A stretch of 35,271 nt of DNA, from the IMG/VR virus record IMGVR_UViG_3300048599_000548, positions 1-35,271 of that record; one strand, given 5' to 3'. The notes under the pieces are model-generated. The model searched no databases. It saw only the letters and a program-made list of their open reading frames with translations, and was not told the origin of the DNA. The position numbers and the translations under genes are program-made. Of this stretch, positions 8,629-16,765 are shown piece by piece. Source of the stretch: a virus. Its lineage: Duplodnaviria; Caudoviricetes. How positions within the stretch are numbered: position 1 is the first letter of the stretch; every line of letters begins with the position of its first letter.

Positions 8629-9929
8629 GCGATTATCCCAAGATGGTGCCGAAAGCCGCGCTCGATTACATAAAGCAGAAGCGGCTTACACCGGCCTTCT
8701 CTTACAAGGATGTCTGGAACGAGGAACACGCAAGCGCTTTCACCGTCGCAAAAGCGATGCAGGTTGACGTACTCGCGGACATTAAGGTGTCGATCGAGAA
8801 GGCAATCGAAAACGGTGAAACTTTCGAGAGCTTCAAGAAAAACCTGAAACCGAAACTCGTGGAAAAAGGATGGTGGGGCCGTAAGACCATGACCGATCCT
8901 TTGACCGGTCGCGAGGTCGATGCCCAACTCGGAAGCGATCGCCGTCTGAGAACGATCTACAGCACGAATCTGCGAAGCGCTTATCAGAAAGGAGTATATG
9001 ACCGGACAATGGATAGCCCGGCGCACCCCTATATGATGTACCGCATCGGTACAAGCGTTCATCACCGCGATCAGCATGCAGCATGGAATGGTCTGATTCT
9101 TCCGAAAGATGCTCCTTTCTGGAATATCCATTTCCCGCCGAATGGTTATGGCTGTAAATGTTATGCGACAGCCGTCTCGGAAGCGCGCAAAGCACGCTAT
9201 GAAAAGACCGGCATCCCGATTCCAGCCCGCGCGGACGGAACCGGAGCAGGCACGCTTACGGTGAAAACGGAAGTACCGAAAACCGTATACAAGCAATTCT
9301 ACAATGAACGAAAGGGGACGATTGAACATCTCCCGAAAGGGATCACGCCGGGCTTCGGGTGGAATCCTGGACAGGCCGGCCGGGTCGCGCCGGTATTTGA
9401 GGAGTGCCTCAAGAAGGTTGGCGAGAAAAATAAGGATCAGTTCGACCTTGTCGCCAAAAGCCTCGTGCACAATCAGGTGTTCCAAGATTCGTATACCGAT
9501 TTCGTAATTTCTGCCCTCGACGGAAAAGCGAGGAACGACAAACTTTGCCCCGTCGGTTTCGTCGACCAGCAGGTGACAAACTGGCTCGAGAAGAAGAATA
9601 TCAATCTGGGTGAAGCGCGGACTATCACGTTGCGCGCGGGCCTGATTAGCGGTCAAAAAGCCGACCGACACGCGACGTCCGGCGACAGTCTTTCAAAACT
9701 CGAATGGGTTCGCATGATCGATTATTTGCTGGATTCTCATGTCTTTTTCGATCCCGGCGATAAAACATTATATTATCTCTACGAAACAGCACCCGATGAA
9801 CAGATCAAGATCGTAATTCAACCGGCCTTTATCCAGAAAGGAATGCTCAAATCAGCTTCGGTAAGGTCAGTCTATAAAATTGGATTGGATGAGATAAGCC
9901 GAATAAGTACGTTCGAGAAAATAAAATAG
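8625..9929 (+). CDS. MuF (gp30) head morphogenesis protein with a C-terminal extension, probably a BECR-fold nuclease/toxin domain
   Basis: AFTVAKA, RRLRTIYSTN, HRDQH, PPNGYGCKC and FGWNPG motifs, then ~185 extra aa; TTG start overlaps the portal stop. Confidence 0.88.
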   Translation: MSDYPKMVPKAALDYIKQKRLTPAFSYKDVWNEEHASAFTVAKAMQVDVLADIKVSIEKAIENGETFESFKKNLKPKLVEKGWWGRKTMTDPLTGREVDAQLGSDRRLRTIYSTNLRSAYQKGVYDRTMDSPAHPYMMYRIGTSVHHRDQHAAWNGLILPKDAPFWNIHFPPNGYGCKCYATAVSEARKARYEKTGIPIPARADGTGAGTLTVKTEVPKTVYKQFYNERKGTIEHLPKGITPGFGWNPGQAGRVAPVFEECLKKVGEKNKDQFDLVAKSLVHNQVFQDSYTDFVISALDGKARNDKLCPVGFVDQQVTNWLEKKNINLGEARTITLRAGLISGQKADRHATSGDSLSKLEWVRMIDYLLDSHVFFDPGDKTLYYLYETAPDEQIKIVIQPAFIQKGMLKSASVRSVYKIGLDEISRISTFEKIK

Positions 9930-10021
9930 CAGGGTTCGTGAGGCCAAAGGCACAGTCGTTACCGACCCCCTGTCCGGAACGCCGAAGCGAACCTGCGTGA
10001 CTCCTTCACAATCCCTGCTTA
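9920..10021 (-). ncRNA. Candidate structured small RNA convergent with muF
   Basis: Long closing stem AGCAGGGAUUGUGAAGG/CCUCACGAACCCUGCU, internal CGC-UUCG-GCG and GUCG-GUAA-CGAC hairpins, U-rich 3' tail, upstream sigma70 promoter. Confidence 0.72.
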
Positions 10022-10027
10022 CTTTCG

Positions 10028-10056
10028 ATCATAAATCAATCACCGTAAGGATGCAA
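10028..10056 (-). promoter_or_regulatory. Sigma70-type promoter for the sRNA
   Basis: Minus strand TTGCAT-N17-TATGAT; the predicted start (~10020-10022) coincides with the 5' end of the closing stem. Confidence 0.75.
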
Positions 10057-10063
10057 GTCATTT

Positions 10064-10105
10064 TAACCTCTGTTATATGAGATATCTTCCCGAACGTCCT
10101 ATTAT
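10064..10105 (+). promoter_or_regulatory. Putative activator-dependent promoter 3 (small-ORF cluster)
   Basis: TAACCTCTGTTA, 24 nt spacer, TATTAT. Confidence 0.7.
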
Positions 10106-10120
10106 CAACGCTATAGGCAT

Positions 10121-10417
10121 ATGGCGTGTTTGCGAGTTCGAGGAAAAGACGATGTCATCATGTTCATGTGCGGCGAGGATCTTGAACCAAGTCCGTGTCG
10201 TGAGTGTGGGTGCGAATCTGATTTTCTCTGCGATTATCCAGTTGGAAATGAAAAAACCTGCGACGCACAATTATGCTGGAAGCATGCGCATGAGGTTGCA
10301 CCCGGAGTTCATTATTGTAACGCTCATTTTGAAGAGTGGAAGAAGTTCAAGGATTCTGGCGGTGTCACGGATGTTCTCAAGAACGTAATACCGTTTGAGG
10401 ACAAATACATAAGGTGA
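10121..10417 (+). CDS. Cys/His-rich phage protein (likely Zn-binding)
   Basis: CRECGC, LCDYP, TCDAQLCWKH and YCNAH motifs. Confidence 0.7.
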   Translation: MACLRVRGKDDVIMFMCGEDLEPSPCRECGCESDFLCDYPVGNEKTCDAQLCWKHAHEVAPGVHYCNAHFEEWKKFKDSGGVTDVLKNVIPFEDKYIR

Positions 10418-10493
10418 TGTCACGAGGGAAATAAACCTTGAGGTTAATAATCTCGGCAGAATATGTTATGCCATTAACGAACAGGAGAAATGG

Positions 10494-10667
10494 ATGACAA
10501 GACTTAAAAGCATGATGCAAGTATTAAAGGATTTCGACGGGGAACACCATCGGTATAATCAAGGAAGAAGATCAGTGAAAAGACAAGCAAAAATGCTTTG
10601 TCGCCTCGCTGATATGCGATATAGAACACGGAATCGTATCGGTAACGCATTGTTGAACGGGAAATAA
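10494..10667 (+). CDS. Small basic hypothetical protein (57 aa, not in ORF track)
   Basis: RBS AGGAG; MTRLKSMMQVLKDFDGEHHRY...LLNGK*. Confidence 0.5.
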   Translation: MTRLKSMMQVLKDFDGEHHRYNQGRRSVKRQAKMLCRLADMRYRTRNRIGNALLNGK

Positions 10668-10694
10668 TAAAACGGTTTTTTTAGGAGGGAATCC

Positions 10695-10907
10695 ATGTCG
10701 AATGGGAAAATGATAATGCTGATTCTTCTTGGAATATTCCTCGTTCTCTTGTTAAGCAAAGGGGCCGGTTTATTAATTGAATATCACTTCCAACATGAAT
10801 GCATGGAGATCGAGCGAAAGGCAAGAGAAGAACAAAACAGAATACTTGCTGAGTATACAAAGCAAGTTCTTGAATTAACAACGTCTGTTTTAAAAGGTGA
10901 ACAATAA
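10695..10907 (+). CDS. Small membrane protein
   Basis: RBS AGGAGG; N-terminal hydrophobic helix. Confidence 0.65.
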   Translation: MSNGKMIMLILLGIFLVLLLSKGAGLLIEYHFQHECMEIERKAREEQNRILAEYTKQVLELTTSVLKGEQ

Positions 10908-11097
10908 AAATAGGATGGGAGGAAACATGTTGTTTTATAAGTGCAAGAAGTGTAAAAAAGTTGTTTGGTTCTGGCAGAGTTGTGCGGAAGTTATTCTGGT
11001 CTTGAAAAGCGGAAAGAAGAAGATTATCCGCTACTGTTTTGATTGCGGCTCCAAGCTTGCAAAAGAAGTAGCGAACCAAACCAGAGTCGAACAATAA
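10897..11097 (+). CDS. Small zinc-ribbon protein (start may be 10928)
   Basis: CKKC...CFDC; GGAGG precedes the ATG at 10928. Confidence 0.6.
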   Translation: MNNKNRMGGNMLFYKCKKCKKVVWFWQSCAEVILVLKSGKKKIIRYCFDCGSKLAKEVANQTRVEQ

Positions 11098-11115
11098 AAG
11101 TATAGGAGAGTCGCT

Positions 11116-11286
11116 ATGGGAAAGATTGAATTGACGTGCTCATGTGGAAATACATTTGACACGGAAGCAAAAGCAGAACTTGATGTACTTATGAACGGCG
11201 AAGATGGAAAGTGGACAAACGTAACGTGTCCTGAATGTGGGGAAAAGTATACGGTGAAATTATCCGTATCTTTTGGCCACATCTAG
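11116..11286 (+). CDS. Small zinc-ribbon protein (56 aa, not in ORF track)
   Basis: RBS AGGAG; MGKIELTCSCGNTF...VTCPECGEKY. Confidence 0.65.
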   Translation: MGKIELTCSCGNTFDTEAKAELDVLMNGEDGKWTNVTCPECGEKYTVKLSVSFGHI

Positions 11287-11317
11287 CGAGTTCGATAGAG
11301 ACAGAAAAGGAATCAAG

Positions 11318-11563
11318 ATGATCCAACCAGGCGAAAAAATTACTTTTGTCACTATAACGAAGAGAGGCCGTTGCTATCATTGTTCTGCAAAGGACGGCAC
11401 CATGGTTGAGTTTAGGAAAAACACCAGTAAAGTAAAAACAAAGAACGGTCGGATCGTGTATGTCGATACAGCGGATATCAGGCTTGCGGCGCAAAAGAAC
11501 GCGTTGACGGAAGCGTTACAAAAACAGTGCCCGGAAGCATTTACTGAAAAGGAAAAAGCTTGA
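11318..11563 (+). CDS. Hypothetical protein
   Basis: RBS AAGGA before ATG 11318; in operon with its neighbours. Confidence 0.6.
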   Translation: MIQPGEKITFVTITKRGRCYHCSAKDGTMVEFRKNTSKVKTKNGRIVYVDTADIRLAAQKNALTEALQKQCPEAFTEKEKA

Positions 11564-11600
11564 ACCGGGAGTCCCCGGATAATTTTCCAAGGAGAAGGAA

Positions 11601-11750
11601 ATGAAGAAAAGCGAAATTGACGAACTCGTTCAGGTTCTCGAAAGCGCAGGGTATGAGGTTCACGGAATATCCGAAGCTGATGCCGGAATGAATGCAGAAT
11701 CGGAACGGCAACGAATCTTTCTGACGGTCAGCAAAGAGCCGAAAAACTAG
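11601..11750 (+). CDS. Small hypothetical protein (49 aa, not in ORF track)
   Basis: RBS AAGGAG; MKKSEIDELVQVLESAGYEV...; its stop overlaps the convergent KTSC stop (CTAG). Confidence 0.55.
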   Translation: MKKSEIDELVQVLESAGYEVHGISEADAGMNAESERQRIFLTVSKEPKN

Positions 11751-11950
11751 ACCCTCGCGTATTGGTAATGGCCGCGGATATAGTTCTGAAAGTATGAGCC
11801 TTTCGATGCGGCGCTCATCAAGCTCCGATAGACGCTTTCGGGAACCCCGAAATACTGATAGGTTCCACCATTGTGAAACCTGATTTCGAGCGTCCCGGAT
11901 TCATAGCCAACAGACTGAAGATCCGAAGATGATACCGAAGTTCGTTGCAT
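11747..11950 (-). CDS. KTSC domain protein
   Basis: VSSSDLQSVGY...LEIRFHNGGTYQYFGVP...ASKGSYFQNYIR is the KTSC pattern. Confidence 0.92.
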   Translation of the reverse strand: MQRTSVSSSDLQSVGYESGTLEIRFHNGGTYQYFGVPESVYRSLMSAASKGSYFQNYIRGHYQYARV

Positions 11951-11962
11951 GGAATATCTCCT

Positions 11963-12181
11963 TCATGGCTTGCATACTTTGCAAGCCGTATACCCCTGTT
12001 CAATCGCTTCATCCTTTGTGATCGCCGTGACGGTCTTTGATTTCGCGATGGTTCTGCAAGTTTGCGTATGATACTTCTTTCCATTAGGCGTGACGTAAAC
12101 GGTAGTCGCTTCCGTCGCGGCATACGCGAGGAGTCCGAGAACAAGAAACCCTAGAAAGAAAAAGCGGCGAGGTGATTTCAT
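11963..12181 (-). CDS. Small exported protein with a His/Cys metal-binding domain
   Basis: Signal peptide then VYVTPNGKKYH..TC...GYTACKVC. Confidence 0.75.
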   Translation of the reverse strand: MKSPRRFFFLGFLVLGLLAYAATEATTVYVTPNGKKYHTQTCRTIAKSKTVTAITKDEAIEQGYTACKVCKP

Positions 12182-12819
12182 AGGTTATCGACCTTTCGAT
12201 ACGAAGTATCACTTATAAATGAATCCTCGCTTTCCTTAAAAGACTGGAATCCGTAGAAAAGAGCAGAGACATCTTTTTTTATGACAATACCGGGATTGTT
12301 TCCCCCGCCGATGAAATAGTAAAGAGTATTCCCTCCAATTCCACGGATCGGAATATCAGCTTCATTTTTTATGACGACTTGAATCATGATAATATTGTTC
12401 CAGCCGTATTCATCACATGGGTATCCCTGCCATGATTTTCGGACATCAACTTTTGCTGATTCAATGGCATCCGGATATTTCTGGAGTCCTGCACAGTGAT
12501 TTTCAAAACTTGAAAGAATCTGTATGAGCGTCTCATTGGAAAGATTCACCGCGCTGTCTTTTGATACAATCCAGTTTATCGAAGCTGCTTTTTTTTCTTG
12601 TTGACTCGGAAATACAATTTGATAGCCAAGTACAAAAATGTATAAAAAAATAGCTCCTGCGATAATCCCTCTATTTACATTTTGTTCTTGTTTAATTTCC
12701 TCTTCTTTGATTCCACCTTTCACGATACGCCTTTTTAAATTTGTTTGAAGGAAAAACCAGACAAAGAAAATGATAAAAGGACCTACGAAAGTGAATAAAA
12801 TAATTTGAAAAAAACTCAT
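12178..12819 (-). CDS. Two-TM membrane protein with soluble C-terminal domain (accessory)
   Basis: RBS AAGGAG before ATG 12819; two hydrophobic segments; AT-rich. Confidence 0.7.
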   Translation of the reverse strand: MSFFQIILFTFVGPFIIFFVWFFLQTNLKRRIVKGGIKEEEIKQEQNVNRGIIAGAIFLYIFVLGYQIVFPSQQEKKAASINWIVSKDSAVNLSNETLIQILSSFENHCAGLQKYPDAIESAKVDVRKSWQGYPCDEYGWNNIIMIQVVIKNEADIPIRGIGGNTLYYFIGGGNNPGIVIKKDVSALFYGFQSFKESEDSFISDTSYRKVDNL

Positions 12820-12841
12820 ATTCTTGAATCTCCTTTTTATA

Positions 12842-13690
12842 TTAGTACGGATGCCGATGCATCCAGCAAATAACTTTTCCGTGAACACATAAGAGCGCTT
12901 CGGCTTGCTCGAACGTTATAATTTCTGGATTTGGATATCGCTTTGAATTTTCGCTACTGATGATTATTTTCTGATCGAAAGGGCGATATTCCAATCGTTT
13001 GATACGGACAGCGTTACCGATACTTATTACAAAAACGCCATCTCCCTCCAATCGGGATTGATCGAATATCGCCAAGTCACCATCGAAGAGGCCCATATCT
13101 GTCATGCTATCCCCTACAACACGAACGACGCCGCATGATTGCGGAGCGGCCCCTCCCAGCATCTCAAAAACAACTGGAATATTTGCTTCGATTGCTTCAA
13201 GTTGAGTCTGTTCTTGTCCGGGCCCTGCTGATGCACGTTGTCCATAGACTGGTAGAATTACTAAAGCTGAAGGATCGGTTTCATCGGCATCAATCATGAT
13301 TGTTTTTCCGTGTTGAAATTTGAAGAGGTTAAAATCTTGTCCTTGTTTTTCCTGAAGATGAATTTCTTGCTCTGCCATTACATCAGGCAAGCTGTCAAGT
13401 TTTCGTCCATCGGAATTGGATCTTCTGATTGTTACAAGATCCTTAAGCCCTTTGGGAAACCCAACCTCAGATGCATACTTATTTCCATCCCCTGTTAGCA
13501 TCCAGTGAAGATTCACACTGTATCGAGAGGCTAATTTGATCAGAACTTCTTTCGATGGTTCCCTCGATCCAGATTCAATGCTACTGACAGTTGTTGGGGC
13601 CATATCCAGAGAATCGGCAAAGTTTTTAATATTTAGTCCCAATTCTTTCCTGATAATAACAAAACGTTCTTTTAAGCCATCATCACCCAT
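12842..13690 (-). CDS. Phage repressor, XRE HTH plus S24 peptidase (CI/LexA-like)
   Basis: N-terminal HTH with VNLHWMLTG; ASAG cleavage site, VVGDSM (Ser) and IKRL (Lys). Confidence 0.92.
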   Translation of the reverse strand: MGDDGLKERFVIIRKELGLNIKNFADSLDMAPTTVSSIESGSREPSKEVLIKLASRYSVNLHWMLTGDGNKYASEVGFPKGLKDLVTIRRSNSDGRKLDSLPDVMAEQEIHLQEKQGQDFNLFKFQHGKTIMIDADETDPSALVILPVYGQRASAGPGQEQTQLEAIEANIPVVFEMLGGAAPQSCGVVRVVGDSMTDMGLFDGDLAIFDQSRLEGDGVFVISIGNAVRIKRLEYRPFDQKIIISSENSKRYPNPEIITFEQAEALLCVHGKVICWMHRHPY

Positions 13691-13730
13691 AAAACCACCA
13701 ATATAAAACTAACATAACGTAACTTTTAAC

Positions 13731-13759
13731 TTGACAACATTACAAATTGCGACGATACT
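13731..13759 (+). promoter_or_regulatory. Early lytic promoter (sigma70)
   Basis: TTGACA-N17-GATACT, divergent from the repressor. Confidence 0.8.
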
Positions 13760-13888
13760 AAGATTATCGGCAGGTTACTAAGAACCCTTGAACCGGAAAA
13801 AAAGAAAGATGGCAGGAAACTTCCGACGGTCCACTGCGCATCTTTCTCACCCCAAACAGTCCCAACGGGACAAAGGAGCTTTTACATT

Positions 13889-14164
13889 ATGGACTCGAAC
13901 ATCGAAAAACGCAACCAGGGAAACTTCACCGAGAACGCAGAAGCGCGATCGCTCGGCGCATGGATCAAGTATCAGCTCGCGCTGCAGGGCCTTACCCAGC
14001 GCGCGATCGCCAAAGAAATCGGCGTCTCCAACAACACCGTGCGCACCGTCATATTCCAGGAGAAAACCAGCGCCCGCGTCAGGGAGGCAATCGCCGGAAA
14101 GCTCGGATTCCGCTCCTGGAAAGAACTCATCCACACGGCGGAATACAAAGGACGGGTGGCATGA
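13889..14164 (+). CDS. Ner/Cro-like HTH regulator
   Basis: WIKYQLALQGLTQRAIAKEIGVSNNTV HTH; first early gene; RBS AAGGAG. Confidence 0.8.
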   Translation: MDSNIEKRNQGNFTENAEARSLGAWIKYQLALQGLTQRAIAKEIGVSNNTVRTVIFQEKTSARVREAIAGKLGFRSWKELIHTAEYKGRVA

Positions 14165-14385
14165 GCGTTTTCAAACGCGGACGGCGGCCAAACTTTCTTG
14201 ACGACCAGAACGCGACCGCAATCACCTCCGAACAGGCCTTGCAGGCGACACGGAGTTTGACGTTCGAGGGACTGCAGGTTGTAGCATCCTTCGGAATTCT
14301 CATGGCGAACAAGGCCATGCGGGTAAAACCCTCGGAAATCGAAGGCTTCTTCTCGCTGGAGGCGAACCGTGCGGAATCCCATTAA
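14161..14385 (+). CDS. Hypothetical protein
   Basis: ATGA overlap with the ner-like stop; MSVFKRGRRPNF... Confidence 0.6.
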   Translation: MSVFKRGRRPNFLDDQNATAITSEQALQATRSLTFEGLQVVASFGILMANKAMRVKPSEIEGFFSLEANRAESH

Positions 14386-14869
14386 GCATTTCTGCGACGA
14401 GCGGAATATGACGATTCCGGAACTCGCCTCCCTGCTCGGCGTAACGAGCCTCAACCTGTACCTCGCGCAAACGCACGACGACGCGTTCGGCTCGATCAGG
14501 GACAGCGTGGCGGTTTTCTTCGGTTTCACCTGCTGGAGCGAATTGCTAACGCAAGCCCGGATGGACGAAGCGCGCGAGATTCGCCATGTGAACGGGGCGG
14601 GCCGTCGCCGTCTTTTATACATCGAAACCGATAACCGCCCAAACTGCGAACGGGAACCCGGAATGGTATTGAACAGGCAGATGTTTTATAGCGAGAAACG
14701 AAAAAGCGAAATCGAGTTATGGCTTTTTGACGAACGTTACTACGTCTGTCGTTCTCTGGAATACTTTCTTCCCGCCGGGATGACGGTAAAAAAAGCAAGC
14801 CGCGTTCAGCGATTCAATTTTGCTGACGCCGAAGAAGAATACCGTAACGCGGTAAAGGAGCTGTCATGA
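14369..14869 (+). CDS. Protein with an N-terminal HTH-like segment
   Basis: GGAGG RBS and GTG start; NMTIPELASLLGVT. Confidence 0.6.
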   Translation: MRNPIKHFCDERNMTIPELASLLGVTSLNLYLAQTHDDAFGSIRDSVAVFFGFTCWSELLTQARMDEAREIRHVNGAGRRRLLYIETDNRPNCEREPGMVLNRQMFYSEKRKSEIELWLFDERYYVCRSLEYFLPAGMTVKKASRVQRFNFADAEEEYRNAVKELS

Positions 14870-15468
14870 ATACGAACGATTACATGGAGGACTCGCAGGG
14901 CCGTCAGGTTCCCGTCGAGATGGTAAATGAAATCGACAAACTGCGTGATCAAACCGTCAGGGGAATCGCCGCCCGAGCACTCGACATGAAGTCCGTCCTG
15001 CAGGGATTCAAGCAGGACATCCGCGACGATATCTTCACGTTCATTTCGCTCAGCGCGGAGAAGTACGGGAAACAGTTCGGCGGCAAGAAAGGGAACGTTA
15101 CGCTCATGACGTACGACGGGCGATTCAAAATCATTATCGCGATGGACGAGACGATCGTATTCGATGAGCGCCTTCAGATTGCCCGCGAGATCATCGGAAG
15201 CTGCTTTGACAAGTGGAGCGTGGGGGCTCGCCCGGAATTACGCCTGCTCGTGAACGACGCCTTTCAGGTGGACAAGTCCGGCAAGATCAACACCGCGCGC
15301 GTACTCGGGCTTCGCCGCCTCGAGATTCAGGACCCCGACTGGAAACGCGCCATGGAGGCGATAACCGAGAGCATACAGGTATCCGGGAGCAAGCAGTACC
15401 TCCGGATCTATCAGCGAGACGCCGAGGGAAAGTACCAGCAGATTCCCCTCGACGTGGCGGCCCTTTGA
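14866..15468 (+). CDS. DUF3164 family protein
   Basis: YMEDSQGRQVP, GGKKGNVTL.TYDG and SKQYLRIYQR motifs typical of Mu-like phages. Confidence 0.88.
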   Translation: MNTNDYMEDSQGRQVPVEMVNEIDKLRDQTVRGIAARALDMKSVLQGFKQDIRDDIFTFISLSAEKYGKQFGGKKGNVTLMTYDGRFKIIIAMDETIVFDERLQIAREIIGSCFDKWSVGARPELRLLVNDAFQVDKSGKINTARVLGLRRLEIQDPDWKRAMEAITESIQVSGSKQYLRIYQRDAEGKYQQIPLDVAAL

Positions 15469-15489
15469 CGGCCCCGTGCGGGAGGGAAT

Positions 15490-15615
15490 ATGTACGGAGG
15501 GTTGTATCGCGTAGCGCTCGGAATCAAGAACTTCGGCGTGGATATTCAGTTTAGCCCGCTCATCAGGCTGGGACTGTTTCTGAAGGAGGTTGCGCTCAGT
15601 GGACAAGCTGAATAG
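15490..15615 (+). CDS. Small hypothetical protein (41 aa, not in ORF track)
   Basis: RBS GGAGG; MYGGLYRVALGIKNFG...LIRLGLFLKEVA; fills the operon gap. Confidence 0.55.
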   Translation: MYGGLYRVALGIKNFGVDIQFSPLIRLGLFLKEVALSGQAE

Positions 15616-15895
15616 TCAGGAACGGATATTCATGATTGTAAGCTTTCTTCATGAACATCATGTCGCCGGTCTTACAAATAAAGAACTTGCAAAACTGGTA
15701 GGAACAAGCGAAGCAAATATTTGTCGAGACATGGCAGTCTTTGAGAAATACCAGTGGGTGAACCGGAACAAAAATGCACGTTGGAGATTATCGCCCACAT
15801 TCGCAGGTATCGCGGGTCGGATTATGAGATCCTATCAGACTGCAAAATTATTGCTCTCTGAAGAAGAAGCTAAATATGCATCAGCAATGCAATAA
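15599..15895 (+). CDS. Winged-helix DNA-binding protein
   Basis: GLTNKELAKLVGTSEANICRDM...WRLSP; AGGAGG before GTG 15599. Confidence 0.75.
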   Translation: MDKLNSQERIFMIVSFLHEHHVAGLTNKELAKLVGTSEANICRDMAVFEKYQWVNRNKNARWRLSPTFAGIAGRIMRSYQTAKLLLSEEEAKYASAMQ

Positions 15896-15904
15896 GGTAA
15901 CAAA

Positions 15905-16762
15905 ATGGGGAGAAAAGCAATTCTCGAAGTAAATGAGGACGCGAAGACAATGGATCTCGCGCACGCAGAACAGGAACAACATGATTTAACCATCCAGGAA
16001 GCTGAAGAAGAGTTTGGAGATGGCCAGCCGTATGAACGGCTTCGACTTGAGAATGAAGTTCGATTTTATCAAGATCAGATGGCTACCTCGCTTATTGAAA
16101 TTGGAAAACGACTGATCCGAATGAAAGCGAACGAAGAGCACGGCGGATTTCTGCAAGTTCTTGACAGTATTCAGATGTCCCCCAGATCCGCACAATACGC
16201 CATGACGGCGGCCCGGAAATTTTCAAATACGAAATCAATTTCGTATTTGAGTAATACGAAGTTGATTGCACTATCCGTCCTTGATGATGATGAGATTCAA
16301 GGACTCGAAGATGGCAATCAGGTTGCAGGAATGACCCTTGATGACATCGAGCAGATGAGTGTCAAGGAACTCCGCGAATCGCTCCGGAAGGAACGCGAAA
16401 AACGCGAGAAAGACCGGAAGGCGCAGGACGCGGCGATCGAGCAGAAAGAAACGAAGATCAACGACATGGAAAACCAGCTCCGCTACCGCGAGCCGCCGAC
16501 CGCGCGAGATCTCGCCGAGGGCGCGCTCATACCGATCAAGAAAGATTTCCTTGACGAGATAGGCTCGGTCGACTTCCATCTCGAACGAGCTATCGCAACG
16601 ATCGATCGTGCCCAGCGGATCGAAGGGATCAAGGTAGACCAGCTTGACGCATGGATGGGTGAGGAGTTGATCGGAACGATGATTGAGCGACTAAAAGAAC
16701 TCTACGACCAGATCGACGAAGCGATCCAGAATATCAGACCGATCGAACCGGAAAAGGAATAG
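15905..16762 (+). CDS. DUF3102-type domain protein
   Basis: EIGKRLIRMK..EEHGGF...SPRSAQYAM pattern followed by a coiled coil; precedes the transposase. Confidence 0.72.
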   Translation: MGRKAILEVNEDAKTMDLAHAEQEQHDLTIQEAEEEFGDGQPYERLRLENEVRFYQDQMATSLIEIGKRLIRMKANEEHGGFLQVLDSIQMSPRSAQYAMTAARKFSNTKSISYLSNTKLIALSVLDDDEIQGLEDGNQVAGMTLDDIEQMSVKELRESLRKEREKREKDRKAQDAAIEQKETKINDMENQLRYREPPTARDLAEGALIPIKKDFLDEIGSVDFHLERAIATIDRAQRIEGIKVDQLDAWMGEELIGTMIERLKELYDQIDEAIQNIRPIEPEKE

Positions 16763-16765
16763 CCC

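Noticed and set aside
8145-9671. 508-aa minus-strand ORF opposite portal/muF
   Set aside because: Fully antisense to two well-supported genes and has no recognisable motif; most likely a shadow of codon bias. The sRNA promoter points toward it, but the RNA appears to end at ~9920
9928-10019. tRNA or simple terminator interpretation of the muF-downstream structure
   Set aside because: No canonical D/T arms or CCA end; it is multi-branched with a dedicated promoter, and the plus strand lacks a U-tract
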